Shown here piece by piece: positions 24,073-38,129 of a stretch of DNA of 64,000 bases. The stretch's first letter is position 1; each line of letters begins with the position of its first letter. Source of the DNA: Cenococcum geophilum. Its lineage: Eukaryota. The position numbers were made by a program, and so were the translations under genes. The notes under the pieces were generated by a model. It was given only the letters and a program-made list of their open reading frames with translations. It ran no database searches and was not told the DNA's origin. The stretch covers positions 17,856,001 through 17,920,000 of the forward strand of contig CP158635.1 of assembly GCA_050273025.1 (NCBI GenBank), written 5' to 3'.

Positions 24073-24760
24073 ATACCTAAAGCAATTTCTTCCTCGCAAG
24101 CGCAACGTCGTGCTTATACTATTGCTGCGATATTATCTCTTAGTGAGATTATACCGTCTCTATATTCTTGCTGTTTAAAAAAGGGGTTAGTTTATATTGC
24201 GTTAGCGAACCTATCTTCGTAACAACTGTCCTCTTATTTAGAGTGCACTAAAGCGAATATTTGTTTATCCTATGATATTCGCTCTATCTCTAATACTAAA
24301 TATATATAACCTATTACTTTTAATAGTTATCTAGTTCCCTAATTAATTTATCTTAGGGTCTTATATTTAATCTACTGCTATACGGCTAGATAGTAAACTG
24401 TCTTAGGCTCTTGCTAAGCTAAAATGTTCTTAGGACGTAGAGCAGAAGGCCCTAAAAGCTTATATTACGGCATCTACTTAGTTACTCCGTCTTAAAAAGG
24501 GTTATAAGAAGGTCCGTTTTAAGAAGTAAAAGCTCGTAGAATAGGGTCTATAGGAACTTGGTAATAAAAGGGCTAATCTTCTTTTAGCTAAGAAGGAAAC
24601 AGATCTAAGTAATTCGGTAACTACTCTTTTTAGGTCCCCCTTAGGTGGTTTATTTTTTAGCGATCCTTCTTTATTAATACTACCTAACCTAATCTCTTCC
24701 GATACTCCTATACCTTTCCTATAGTATTCTTTAAATTCTCTAGTAGCTCCTAGGTAGTCT
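24073..24760 (+). pseudogene. Antisense accessory ORF inside the gypsy element, with a Zn2Cys6-like cluster; end approximate
   Basis: De-RIPed (M)PKAISSSQAQRR...(C)S.C-x6-(C)-x13-(C).EC-x8-(C)D. Two Cys are literal and four are inferred from TAT<-TGT. A Lys/Glu-rich segment follows. Confidence 0.5.
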
Positions 24761-27700
24761 TAGTGTAGCCTATCTACTTAACCTTATACTATATTTTATT
24801 GTTAACGTCCTTATAACTAACGATCTTTAAAACTTACTATTTATCTTCTTCCTATTCTCTATACGTGTCTGCTTTATAAACCGATGGCTTAATATCTCTA
24901 TATACTAGCTTTAGTATTACAATAAACTATATAGGGTAGATCTTTATTTTGGCTAGTAGGTCTAACTTAAACGTAACTAGTAAAATCCTCTATATAATTT
25001 TAAAAGGTCCCAGTCTAACGTAGTCCAACTTTTTACTTAGTCGTCAACTCTTAAAATTTTTATATAGTAGCTATACTTTATCTCCCTCCTTAAGATCTAG
25101 TCCCTTAGATCTCTTAGCGTTATAGTACCTTTTTATTCTCTTTTATACTTTCTTTACTAATTCTATAAGGTCTATATAAAGATTTATTAGCGTTTTTATT
25201 CTTTCTTTAGCTATACTACTTATTTTCTTTACTTATTGTAGTAATAATGATGTCCTTAGCTTATATCTATAATTTGCCTTAAATAGTAATATGCCTATTC
25301 CTTCTTAAGGTGTTGCATTATATATAAACTGTATAACTAGTAATAGCGATATCTAATTATTCTGTGCGTAATTAATATAGTGTTTTAGATACTGCTCTAG
25401 TATCTAATTTAATCTTTCTATTTAACCGTCTGTCTGCGGATAATATGCAGTGGAAGTTACTACTTAAACTCCTTATTCCGCCAAAAATACCTCCTAGAAT
25501 GCTGCTATAAATCTTAGATCCCTATCTAATATAATCTTACTTAGTGCTCTATATCTTATAAATACTTCCTTAATATAGATTCTAGTAATATCTTCCGCTA
25601 AGATTTCTTTTGTGCATGCTATAAAGTATTTCTACTTTATAAGCTTATTTACTATTACTAAGATCGCGTTATAATCTTGTCCGGTAATAGGATCTCTTAA
25701 CTTTAGTAACTTAATAATAAAGTCCTATAATATAACCTCCTATGGTCTCTCTAGTATTTTAATAGGTTATAGCCCTCTATATAGCTTATACCTCGTTAAT
25801 TTATTTCTTTAGTAATCTAAATATTCCTTTATAACTTTTCGTACTAAGCCCTAGATTCTATTAATAATATACTCCTTCTGGAGTCTTAACACTAAGCCCA
25901 TAGCTCCATTATATTCTTAAGTTATTCCCCTATAGAAATCTTTTATAAATTACTCTGCTACGCTCTTTAGGATATACCTTACTTCTTAATTTTTGTATAT
26001 ATCCGTTTATAGATCTTCTAGCTATGCTTCTAGAATTCTTTATACCTAAAAGCTCTCTAGTGACTCGTAAACTCTGTCTAGTTCTTCTTAAGTTATTATA
26101 ATTTATAGATAATTGTACCTAATTAATCCGTCTATATCCTTTCGCAGTAAAGCCCCTAATGGCTTTTTGTTGCTTTATAGTTTAGCCTTCTAACTTAGAG
26201 CGTCTGCTTATGTGTTGTCTGTACCCTTAGTATACTAAATTTCGAAATGGTATTCTGTAAGCATTTCTACCTATTTAACCTATCTTTAGTTAAGTTTCTT
26301 TATTATTAGGAATCCTATTAGGTTCTTATAATCTATCTTAACTATAAATAGTTTCTCTATGCCTTATAAGAATGCTCTCTATTTTTTTAGTACTGCAATT
26401 ATACCTAATAACTCCTTATTGTAGATATTATAGTTTAACTCTAGTAGTATTATCTTTCGACTATAATATGCTACTAGGTGCCATCTATCTTAATATTTCT
26501 GTATAAAGTATACCCCTAGTGTATAATCTAATACATCTGTCTTTATAACCGTCTTTAGACCTAGTTAATAGATCTTAAGAACTAGCTCCTAGGTAAATAA
26601 CTCTTTAACTTTCTTAAATAGCTCTTACTATTTCTTTCCCTATGCCTATAGTTCTTTTTTCTTTGTTAATTGCGTAAATGGTTTAATATCCTTTAACTAC
26701 TACGCTATAAACCTTCTACAGTAATTATAAAACCCTAGGAACGATCTTAACTACGTAATGTTCTCTAGTTCCTACCAATTTATTATAGCCTTAATCTTCT
26801 TTAGATCTATACTAAGTTGGCCTAGTTTAATAATAAATTTAATAAAATTGGTTTTCCTAATAAAGAATTTGCATTTCTTAATTGCTACTAGTATCTATTC
26901 TTCCTATAGTCTCTTTAAGACCTATTTAATATATTCCCCGTGTTCTTCCTTAGTTATTAAGTAGATAATAATATTATTAAGGTATGCTATAATAAATTCA
27001 TCCAAATGTTCTCTTAATATATTATTAATACGCTTTTAGAACGTTGCTAGTGCGTTTATAAGCCCGAATTATATAACTAATAGTTTATATAGTCCTTCCT
27101 TTAACCTAAAGGCTGCCTTCTATTCGTTACCTTCCTTAATCCTAATCTAATAGTACGCCTATCTTAGATCTATCTTTGTAAAGATTTGTACGTTACCTAT
27201 CCTATCTTAAATTTCGCTAATTAAGGGTAAAGGATACCTATCCTTTCTAGTAATACTGTTTAACTATCTGTAGTTAATATATAGCCTTAGTTTACTATTC
27301 TTCTTTAGTATAAATAGTACTAGATAACCCGCTAATAACTACGATAGTCTAATATATCCCTTTCGTAGATTTTTCTAGATAAACTCTTTTAATGCTCTAC
27401 CTTCTTCTTTAGTAAGCTTATAGATTAGAAAGAACCTTAGACTTATTTCTGGTTCTAATTCTATCTTATAGTCCTATACTATATACTTTAACAGCTTTTT
27501 ACTTTCTGGTGACCATAGTTTCTTACCATACTTATAGTATCTCTTTAGTATATAACTTAGTCCTTTTTCTATTTCTTTATAGGTTGCTCCTACTTAGTAC
27601 TATACCATCTTAGCTTATTATTGCATCTTACGGCGTTAAGTATCTCTAATATTGACCTAACCTGTAACTTAATTAATCTTTAGATTGTATTCCTATAACT

Positions 27701-29977
27701 AAGGTATTCCTAGTACTGCCTTATTATTCCCTAATAGTAATATGTTAAAAGATATCTTAATTTATCTCCCTTTAATAGTTAACTAAATCGGTCCTATTTT
27801 AAGATTAATGATGCCTCCTCTATAGGCTATTGGATCTCCTAAAATTGTTACTAATAGGTAAGGATGCTCCTTCTTCTGGTGTGGTAATCCTATTCTTTTA
27901 ACTACTGCTAATAAGATGTGGTTCCTTATTACTCCACTATCTATTAAAGCTTTAAACTGTTAATCTTACTATTTAACTTATAAATTTAGGTGTTAACCTT
28001 AAATTCCTTTAAGGGTTTAAGGCTTTACTACTGGTTTCCTCTAATCCCATAGACCTCTACTTTTCCTAACTATTAGCTACTTAATCCTATTTATACTTAG
28101 TCTAACTTTAGCTAATACTTAGTTCGCTTTTTATCTTCTATATACCATAAACACGTATTCTCTAGGCATTCCCACCACTATCGTCCGTCTAGGTATTTTT
28201 CCGTAAGGAATCTTCTTAGTTAAAGTGTTAAGTCTCCTAACTCCTAAACTTCTACTAGGTGCTAACTATATATATACTTAGCGTTTTAATATTTCGCCCT
28301 ATTTAATAACTAATACATCCTTACTGGGTACTTTCGGTTCTTATTCTTTAGTATTCTATATATATTATATACATTATCTATATACGTAATCTATGCCAAT
28401 ATGTAATATAATTAATGTCTTAGGTTAACTCTTAGCTTGTCTTCGTCCTTAAGTTTAAACCTTTCTTATATTAATCTAAGCGTTGCGACTTTATTCGCAG
28501 GTACTATAATTTACCTCTCGCTTCTCTAGTCCTCTAATTACTCCTCTAGATCCTTTGACGTTATAATTAAGGCTCCTTTAATATAACTTATAGCCTTCTT
28601 TATAATCGGGTGGTTTTAGATAACTTTTTTATCTAACCACATGTAGAAATCTTCCTACTTATCGTTATACCTTTGCCTATACTACTTTTAGTACAGCTGC
28701 TTAAGTATACACGGCTTATCCGTAAAGAAGTATCTTCTTATTACTACGTTATAATAGCCTTTAGTGTGTTATTCTTTAAACCTAGTTAGGATTCCTAGAT
28801 CCTCCTTATCTTCCAGTTTAATAAGCCACTTAGCTCTTAGTATGCCTATTCTAGGCCTATTAGTAATTCTTCGTACTAGCGCTCTATCCCTTATATGTCC
28901 TAATATACTAGATCTCTTATCTAGTTTCTGTTCTTACTATATAATAATTCTTTACCTAAATTCTTCTATAGTTTCCTTTGGTTTACGCCTTACGCCTAAA
29001 TCCTTAAAGTCTCCCTACTTCTTAATCTTAGTATCAACTTTTCAATCTTTAGGCCGAACACTGTGTCCTCCTAGTAAGTCCTCTAAGTCTATATATCTGT
29101 CTCCTAGTCTAACTACTATTTATACTATAGATTCTCTAATCTATAAAGAAGCTCCTTGCCTTTTAGTTATAGGTGTCCTAATTTATACTCCGAATTCTTA
29201 GTCCCTTAGATTCTTTAATCCTAAGCTTACTTCTAACTTAAGCTTTACTCCTACCTTAGTCCAACTAGGCTTAGGTATTCTCATCTTATCTTAAGAGTCT
29301 TAAATCTTACTTATTTTATCTTAAGAATCTTATACCTATAGGAAACTCTGTCCCGAGCTTATTCGTATATCTTTAAACTAAGCTGCTGCCCTACTCTATT
29401 GGTTTCTATCCATTATGGGTCCTTAGGTGTGCCTTATCTCGTCTTAAGAATCTTAGTTGTCTCTTATTTTATCTTAAGAATCTTAAGCCTTTAACTTCTT
29501 GCCTTTATTAAGTGCTAAAGTAGTTTACTATCCTACTTCTCTTATATCTTGTAAAGTAATAGACATTATATCTAGTAGGGTCTTAATCCCTACTAATGTT
29601 CCCTATTCTATAGTGGAATTATCTTTTACCTCTTATATAATATCTTTAAGGTCTATATACTCCTAGTAAGCTGCCTTTATTACCTTATTGTTATAGAATA
29701 TTTCACCTACGTTAAATTTATCGTCCTTAATATCCAATCTACGAACTAGTTCGTTAGTTCCTCTATACTCTATAAATTTTAGCTCCTATAGCTAATAGCT
29801 TGCGCCATACTTAGCATCTTTATAAACTCGGTATGCGTTATTATAACAAAACGCAAAACTTTTAATTGAACACTCTTTTGTTCCTTGTAGTATATTATTA
29901 TCCCTCTATATATATGTCTTCTACTATAGGTCTTATTCCCTTCATTATATAGTAACTCTAACCATTTTTAGAATCCC

Positions 29978-32900
29978 CAGGGTAGGCAAAAATCTAATCT
30001 TATCTTGATACGATCGACGATCGACGATCAATACGATATCTCGTATCGATTAAAGTATCGTGATATTCCTTGGCATTCACCATCAAATTTTCTTCTATTA
30101 AATTTACTGCTTTTCTACTACAATATTATATAAAATATGGCTTCAGAAGTGAATTCATCTCTTCTTAAAAATACTCCTAGCTTAATTAAGAGCTCCGCCA
30201 CACAACAGGCTTAGCTTCGGTCTCTAGTCTATGAATTTACTTGCCTACCATACGAAAATAAGCTAACACACAATAAAAAAAACCGAAGGCTTATATACTG
30301 CAATTAGTGCGAAAGTTACTTAGCAGTATTAACTACAAATATTAAAAACCACCTTGCGAAAGACCACGCAATCTCTATTAACTTAAAATAGCCTTATATA
30401 AAGGAGCAAGCACTTTAAAAGCTTTAGGAACTTTAGGCATAAATAGCATTAGAATTTGGGACAGATAAAGTTAATTCTATAATCCTTATAAAGGTTTTAA
30501 ATAAGGAAGTTATCCAGTAAGCTCTTATTAACTTAGTTGTCGTATAAAACCTTCCATTCCGGATTATAGAGTAAGAAGAGTTCCATATCTTCTGTTAGGC
30601 TCTTAACCTAAAGTTATCTAATTTAATAACAACAACGCACACAAAAATTTCTTAGATAATTACCCATTCCTTCTAGTTACAGAAAGACATCATACAAAGA
30701 TAAGTTTAATCAGCGTTAACAAGTATTCATCTTTCTATTAATATCTAGACATCCCTAAACAACTACCTTCTTCTTACAGTCTGCGCCCATTTTATTAATA
30801 GCCAGGAAAACCGGATAAAAGCTCTTCTTGCCCTTCGTACGGTAGCTAGTCACAGTAGAGCTAAACAATGGAATACTCTTCTCCCAGTTCTAGAGGAGTA
30901 TGGGATTATATAAAAGCTTAGAGCTATTATTGCAGATAATTCTACCATAAATAATACCCTCTGTTGTACGATCTATAAGTATCTCGCCGATAATAAGGAT
31001 ATTACCTAGGATCCCATCCAACAATATATCCGCTGCCAGGGGTATACTATTAATCTTGCCGTCTAGGCCTTCCTCTTTAAAGATACTCTTAAACTTAAGG
31101 CTATTAAGTTATATAAAAGGAATAATGTAAGCAAAAAGGAGCGAAGTTATAAGGAAGAGATTAAGCAGAAACAGGCTTTCTGAGCAATAGGCCTACTTAG
31201 TAAGCTTTATAATATTATAGTATACTTCTATACCTTAGTAAGTCGTATAAAGGAGTTTAAGACTTTAGTTAGGAGGCGAGTTCTACTTAATAATCGTATA
31301 AGATAGAATAGCTGGTACTAAATGCTAAGCGTTTCACTTAAGCACAAGTTAGAAATTAATAACTATATTAAGAGTAACTTTAATACGCTTAAGGAGGATT
31401 ATATCTCGCCGCAAGACTGGAAGCTTCTTTATATAACTTATATATTTCTAAAGCCATTCTATTATGCAATATTAGAGATACAAGGGGATTATACAACACT
31501 TAATCGAGTACTTTTTACAATAGATGTGCTTATTAAACATATAGAGAACTCTCTTATATAACTCTTCTTCTAGCTACTTTATTTAAGCTAAAGCTAATAT
31601 CGTATAATAGGTACTCTTTAAATTAAATAAAGCTCTCTTACTTCAAGTAAAGAATGCATAGGCGAAATTTAACGAGTACTACCAGAGAACGGATAACTCG
31701 CCTCTTTACGCCGCTGCACTTATTCTTCACCTAAATCGTCATATAAAGTATATTAAGACATTTTGGAAAAAGGAGTGGCAGAAAACGGTACTTCTAAAGG
31801 TCTAACGGCTCTGGGAAACATACCGAGAATTAGAGAAGCCTATTACTTCTCTTCAGATAACATCGTATAATAAGCTATCACAAGATAAGTATAAGGAACT
31901 TAATAAGTATGATTAAATTATAAACGAGCTAAATAAAAAGGTTACTTAACTAGTAAGCCAGAATGAGTACAAGGACTACTGCTCTGAAGCACCGTACGAA
32001 ATTAAAGTTTCTCTACTTTAGTAGTGGTCTTAAGAGCAACAAATAAAGCGCTGGCCGCGGCTTTTACTCTTTATAAGAGAAGTACTTTTAATTCTAGCTA
32101 TAAGCGATAAACCAGAGAGAGTATTTTCAGGAGGACGTCGTACGATATCATAGGAAAGGATGCAGCTTGGAATACTAAGTGTTAAAAAAATAGAGTATAT
32201 AAAGAGTTAGTATAGGAGTAAAATTTTAAAAGAGAATAGCTAGATTTTGGATAAAAGGAGAAATAAAAGAAATATAGTAGTTGTACGAGGGAGGGTATAT
32301 AAGAGATATGTTGTACAACGCTAAGGGGTAAAGGTGTAGGGTATATAAATAAAATAATTTTAGGCAAAGGTAACCACTAAAGGCGTATAGGTGGCGTATG
32401 TAAATATATGCTAACTTTAAACTTAATAGATTATAAGTTTAAATCCCACCGATATTGTCCTTTATTGGGAATTGGGTAATATAATTATCTAGTATACTTC
32501 CCGTCCTACCATATAAGAGATTCTCCGGCAACATTGCCATACTATAAGTAACTCTCCTCTCTATACAATATACCTATATAACTAACTACTCTTAGGATAA
32601 GTAAAAAAGGGTAGAAGCTTTGCCGGCAATTAATGTAGAGGCTTAGGTAGGGGGGGTATTAGAGAAGCAGGTGTAAATAGGGAGGCCCTTATATATAAAT
32701 GCGATTCTAGTTTAGAGCCATGGCTCTCTAAATATAATTGTAAGTAACCTATATTACTCGTACAAGGTAGAGAGCTAATTAATATTAGTCATGCGAGGCT
32801 TGTACGGCGACTCCACGTCGTCTAGTAGGCCCTCGCCCCTTTACTAAGTGTTGGAGTCTTCTAGGGTTCTGTGGTGGGTACTGTGGAAATTACAAGTAGC

Positions 32901-33279
32901 GGGATTATAGAGCTCAATGTTTATCGTATGATAAAAATTCTTAGCCTATAGCAGCGGTAGTGGGAGCACTGGAGGGTAAGAATCGGATTATAGAACTAGA
33001 GGATAACGAGGAATAGATAAAAGTTACTAAATTTAATCTCCTCTCTTTTTACCACTTTTATTTTATTTTATAATATCTTATATAAGAAGAAGTATAAATA
33101 GAGAGGGTAGAGAAGAAATACCTAATTAATAGAGAAGCTAAGGACGTTAGTAGTTAATATTTTAGCTATAATTATTCGCTTATTTAGTAGCGGATCAAAA
33201 AAATCGATTGATATGATATAATATGATATGATCTCACTTATCGTATCAATAAGGTTTAATTGGATTTTTGCCCACCCTA
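29978..33279 (+). mobile_element. hAT-superfamily DNA transposon nested in the gypsy gag-pol region
   Basis: TIRs CAGGGTAGGCAAAAATCTAAT and revcomp TAGGGTGGGCAAAAATCCAAT; 8-bp TSD AGAATCCC/ATAATCCC (7/8); subterminal CGAT/GATA repeats at both ends. Confidence 0.92.
30137..32230 (+). pseudogene. RIPed hAT transposase; end approximate
   Basis: BED finger YCN.C...NHLAKDH; IHLSI(D)I(W)TS(P)N; IADNST; RCQG(H)TINL; N..R(W)NSWY; C-terminal dimerisation motif I(P)A(M)SD(E)PERVFSG. Confidence 0.9.
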
Positions 33280-34371
33280 ATAATCCCTTACGAAGTAACC
33301 TTATTTTCCGCAATTTATATAAGCTCTATCTTTAAACTATTAACTTTATTATAGAGTCCGCCTAAACGTCTTCTATTGCTAAGATCCCTGGTTTAGCCTC
33401 TACTCCTTAGTCCTATAATCACTAAATCCTTAACCTCTAGGTTTTTACGGTTTCTTACTCTATCTCTTATAGGCTTCTTTAGTACTACTTAGGTCTATTA
33501 ACTCTGCGCCATACTATGGTTTTTAACTTAGCTTTAGTTAATGCGTACTCTGCGCCTTATATAACTATAAAACTCTATCCTAACCTCTCTTGGCCTATTC
33601 CCTTTAGTAAATCCTATTATCGATCTTTATCGCTTAATCTATTAGTTCCCTTAGGGTGTTCGCATCTTCTATCAGAATAATTACATCCTAGACTTTAGCC
33701 TTAAGTCCTTACTTATACTGTGCTATAAGCGCCCTATTATTCCACTTAACTTATATCGCTAGCGTTTAAAACTACGTGGTATACTTAATTGCTAAGGTTC
33801 GCTGCGTAATGTTTTAGAGTTTTCTTTCCGCCATAGTTGTTACCTCTAGGTCCCTAAACATCTGCGTAAGTCGTTCTATAAATCCATTCTAGTTTAAAAA
33901 TATAAATCGTACCTCTTAGTTAGTAGTCGTCATTTCGTTTACTTATATCTCTATAAGATAAGGCTTAAACTATTTAAGTGCTCTTCCTATTAGGAATAAC
34001 CCTGTATACGCTATTTAATCTATAGGTATTGCTAGCTTTACTCCCTCTTGCGTAACCTTAAAATACATTTACGTAAGGAATCCTTTAAGCTTTAATCTTT
34101 CTCCTAAGAATCTTTTAATTAATAGTAACTTAACCTTCGCTACTCCTATCCCGTTAATCCTATTTTTAAGTACTACGTTATCTTCTATTAACTGGTCAAC
34201 TATTACTTATAACTGTCCGACCGTTATAGGTTACTGCGAGTTAGTATCTGCTATACTAGTGTTACCCTCTAACCTTAAAGTAGTTGCCGCCGTTAATAGC
34301 GTTGTGGTGGCTGCTTTTAGTGGCATGTTATTTAACTTCCTATACTTATTACTGTAACTAGGTAGTAATTA

Positions 34372-34794
34372 TATAACGGAACCTTATAGCAGGTACTACG
34401 GTAGGCTTATTATTAGGCTAGGTGTGTAGGTAAAGCAAGTTAAAGTTAATAACGTAATAATAACTGGTGGAGTAGTTGCCTAATAGATTAACTCTAATTA
34501 TATTCTAAGAATTACTATAAGGAAGGAACTATCTAGGTAGGAATTAAGGGTCCTTAAATATATAACTGTACTTCTATAAAATCCTTCTTATATATAATAT
34601 ACGTGTTATACATATTATACGTACATTCCCTTTATACACTGCGTATATTATATACAACGTTATATAACCTTAGCTACCATTCCTCATTACATGGCTCTAC
34701 TAGTTCTATCCTAGACCGTGCCTAAATTAACCAACTAGCTTCTTCCAACTCTTCCCTAAGTAGTCGTAATATTGTACTTAAAGCGTCCGTAATA
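34372..34794 (-). repeat. Gypsy 5' LTR
   Basis: TATAACGGA...TCCGTAATA; same length as the left LTR. Confidence 0.95.
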
Positions 34795-37700
34795 CCTAAT
34801 CTTTATAGGAGAACAAGATATATAGAACCCTCGGTTTCCGCTCGCGTATCTATATCCTATTTTACATTTAGTATAAGCATATAACTATTAATAGACTTAT
34901 CTTTAGTGTTTTTATCAATATATATTACTTACTATTAATATAAAATTCGTAAATTAATATTTTCTAAAACTGCAAAAGTAGTTAAAAAAAGGAGGTATTA
35001 ATAATAACCCTAATTTCCTTACCATGCAATAATAACTCTATCTCCTAATAGGAAAGATAATGGGACGGTAAAGCTGTAGTCCTCGTTAATGTTATAGTTG
35101 TTTAAAATCTGGCCCTCTTTACCCTTCTGTACTTAAGGACAGTTTTCTTCCTAGCTCTAAACTATAACCTAACTCTTACCCTTATTATAGGAGAAAGATA
35201 TCTAATACGAGCCGCCGCTATATGCGGCACCTAGGTTATATATAGTTATTCCTATACTTCTTATACTATTAAATAGTTTATATTATTAGCTAAGAATAGA
35301 GAGCAGTTAATAAATATACTAAAAAGTTATAAGTTGTCCTGGCTGCTAGGTTACTTCTAGATTACTAGCCAGACTATTAATATTAACGTAATATCCTTTA
35401 TAAGGGAAAGGTTGCTAGCCCTAGCTAGGGCCGTAATGGTTAAGATCTCCATTTAATGGCATAATTAACTTATTAACATCTTTATTCCATTTAAATGGCC
35501 GGGGATTTCCTATATAAATATGCCCTATAGATATTCCGGCAGCGTATAAAAGGGTAGTAATTAGATAGAGTAGACTTATAGTACTATAAAACCAATAAAG
35601 TCAAGATTAGGAGTAGGGTCCAGAAATACTATATACTCTATAGCGCTAGGTCTCTATTTATAGCCCTAATGTTAAGTAAAACTTTTTTTTTGGGTTAAAC
35701 TTTCTTTTCCTTATAATAGGGCGCTTGGAACGGATCCCTAGCTTTTCTAACATTAAGAGGTAAGAAGTTTAGAACTTTTTAGGTCCAATTTTAACTATTT
35801 AGAGCCATTTCTAAATAAAAACGTATCTAAAAAAGGGCGGGCTCTAGTTCTGGTTTTCCACTTAAAATTGGCCTTAAAGAATTTAGCCTAGAAGCAGATT
35901 AACTAGATATAGTCTTCTTCTTCTTCTTTAATTTATTTACCTTAACCTCTCCTAAAGGATATACAGGCTACCACTACTAGGGTCTATCCTTAATATCTAT
36001 TTACATTATGCCACTATATACACGACATTTACGCCTCATTAAGGCCTACCGTTAATCCTCTACCTGTGGTCCCTATTTAGGGACCCGTCTACTTATCGCG
36101 ATTGGAATCCCTATAATGCTTAGGCGAAATCAAGTACTGTATTTAGCACCTCTGCGTTTATTAACCAGTTTTCCCTTTCCTAAGTGCCATAAGGCTTGCC
36201 TCCTAGCTTTACTAAGATTTTGTTAAAAGCGTCTCCTATCTTATTCCGTAGTTCTTATCTTAGTTCTTAAAGATATAGATAGTCTACCAGCACATAAACT
36301 ACTGTCTCTCTTGCTCCGTATATATATTTGTCCTCCTTACTAAAGCGGAAGACTCTGGCGTGGGAAGCTAGCCATAAGTGTCCTATTCTAAGCTGCGCTA
36401 GTAGGTATGCTCTGTTCCTTTATTAGGGGCTATAGAGCTTTTATATATGTTTTAACGGGAGGCCGTTGTCAATCCTACGTAGGTGCTTGCCTTTCTTTAT
36501 AGTCCGCCACTCTTTCTACTACTTCTAGAGTATCTTATCTTTATTATATTTCTTCTATAATGTTAGTAAGCGTTAAAAAATATATTGTTCCTCTAGGCCG
36601 ACCGCCCTTTTGGCTAGGTTGTCGGCGAACCACTCTATAGTAGCTAGCGCTAGTGCGAGTACTGTAATGCGTAGCTCCTTTAGGGCGCTATCTCTACTAA
36701 AAAGGGTCCCAATTTACTGCTATAAATTGGCTCCCCAATTTTTAGGGTATAATGGATCCCCTAGTAGATTATCAGAGTTTTCCTTCCATCTTCCTTCCTC
36801 TCCTATATATGTATAAGATTGGCATTATCTTTAATTGCTAGGTTCTGTAACTACACTTCCGTAATATAAAGAGTTCTATTATCTCTAGTATTCTTTCTTC
36901 TAACCGTTTTTGGGTTCTAGAACTGCACATTAGATATTACTGTGGATTAAAGAATAGAGAATCCTATATAGCGATTTGGTGTGCCGCTTTACTAGGACTA
37001 TCTTAATAAAACGGAACCTAGGTATCTGGTAGAAAGTACAGTTAAGCTCTCTTACTTATAGTTATCTAGTTACTAATAATGTATAAGGTCTATCGTTATT
37101 CGGTTTAGTAGTCCCTATATTAGCTCTTTTACTACAAATTACGGGAATAGCTAATGGAGGGAGATCTACTATAATGGAAGCAGCTCTAAAACTCTTAAAA
37201 TTCTTTCCGCTTTCTTCAGTTTCTTATAACGCGCTTTTCTCTACTAGAAATAGCGTATATATTTGCTTTTACTCCTTAGCACTAATAATAAGCCAATAGG
37301 TTTTCCTTATTAATTTAATTAGCTGTACTACCTTTAACGTATTTAGCTTAGGAGACGGCGGCGATAGCAGTGCTTAAGATATCTTGTAGTGGTGCTCTTC
37401 TTTAGCGTAGGGGTTTATTCTCTTAAGAGTCTGTAATTTAGCCTTTAGTTCTATCCATAGCTTCCTTATACGTATAGTCGCAGCAGCAATAGGGGCGCAA
37501 AAAGCCACTATAATGCTCCGACTTTAGTCAATTTAATTTAACTAAGGCCTTTATATTGATTGAGTTGCCAAGCCAGCATTAGCGCTAGAATTAGCTCGCA
37601 GGATATCGCATTAGCTAAATTCTGCGCTCCGTTATATAGTGTGGCGAGGCGTATAACTAGTATAGAAGATATCTTTTTGTCCTAGCTACTTATAGGTTGG

Positions 37701-38129
37701 GTTTTCGATTATAACATTTGGTCCTTATAAAGTAAGGTAGTTGTGGAACTAGACCTTCTAAATCCTGACGTGTTAAAGATGTACGAAATCCCCTATTATC
37801 TGTCCTTTCTAATATTAACACTTTTAGGTTATATATTTGTCCTCTCTTTAAAGTTCCTTTTTTACAGCCATTTCTAGTATATTAATTAAAAAGTAAGAGG
37901 CGGGACTAATGCTAATATAAGACGTGGTATGAAGCTAACGAGTTAAGAGTATTAGAAAGGCCCTATTAGGGCATTAAAGAGGCGAAAATGAAAATCAAAC
38001 TAAGTTATATTGGGTTTAATTTTATTACTTATTGGAACCCATATAAGTTGCTTTATTTACTTAAGATGCAGTAATGTAAGAGACTTAGCGCCCGAGTAAA
38101 ACGTCCATAGAAAACCGTCCTTTAAAATT

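Larger units (their letters stand above)
23542..34794 (-). mobile_element. Full-length Ty3/gypsy chromovirus, RIPed, interrupted by a hAT element
   Basis: 423-bp LTRs; perfect 5-bp TSD CCTAA (23537-23541 and 34795-34799); PPT beside the left LTR (revcomp AAAGAGGAGAGAGATAG). Gag ATG at 34326; protease ALIDSG (~27930); RT AYL(DD)IIIY (~26975); integrase followed by chromodomain Y.VK(W).GY..TT(W)E(P).ENL (~24730-24800). Confidence 0.95.
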
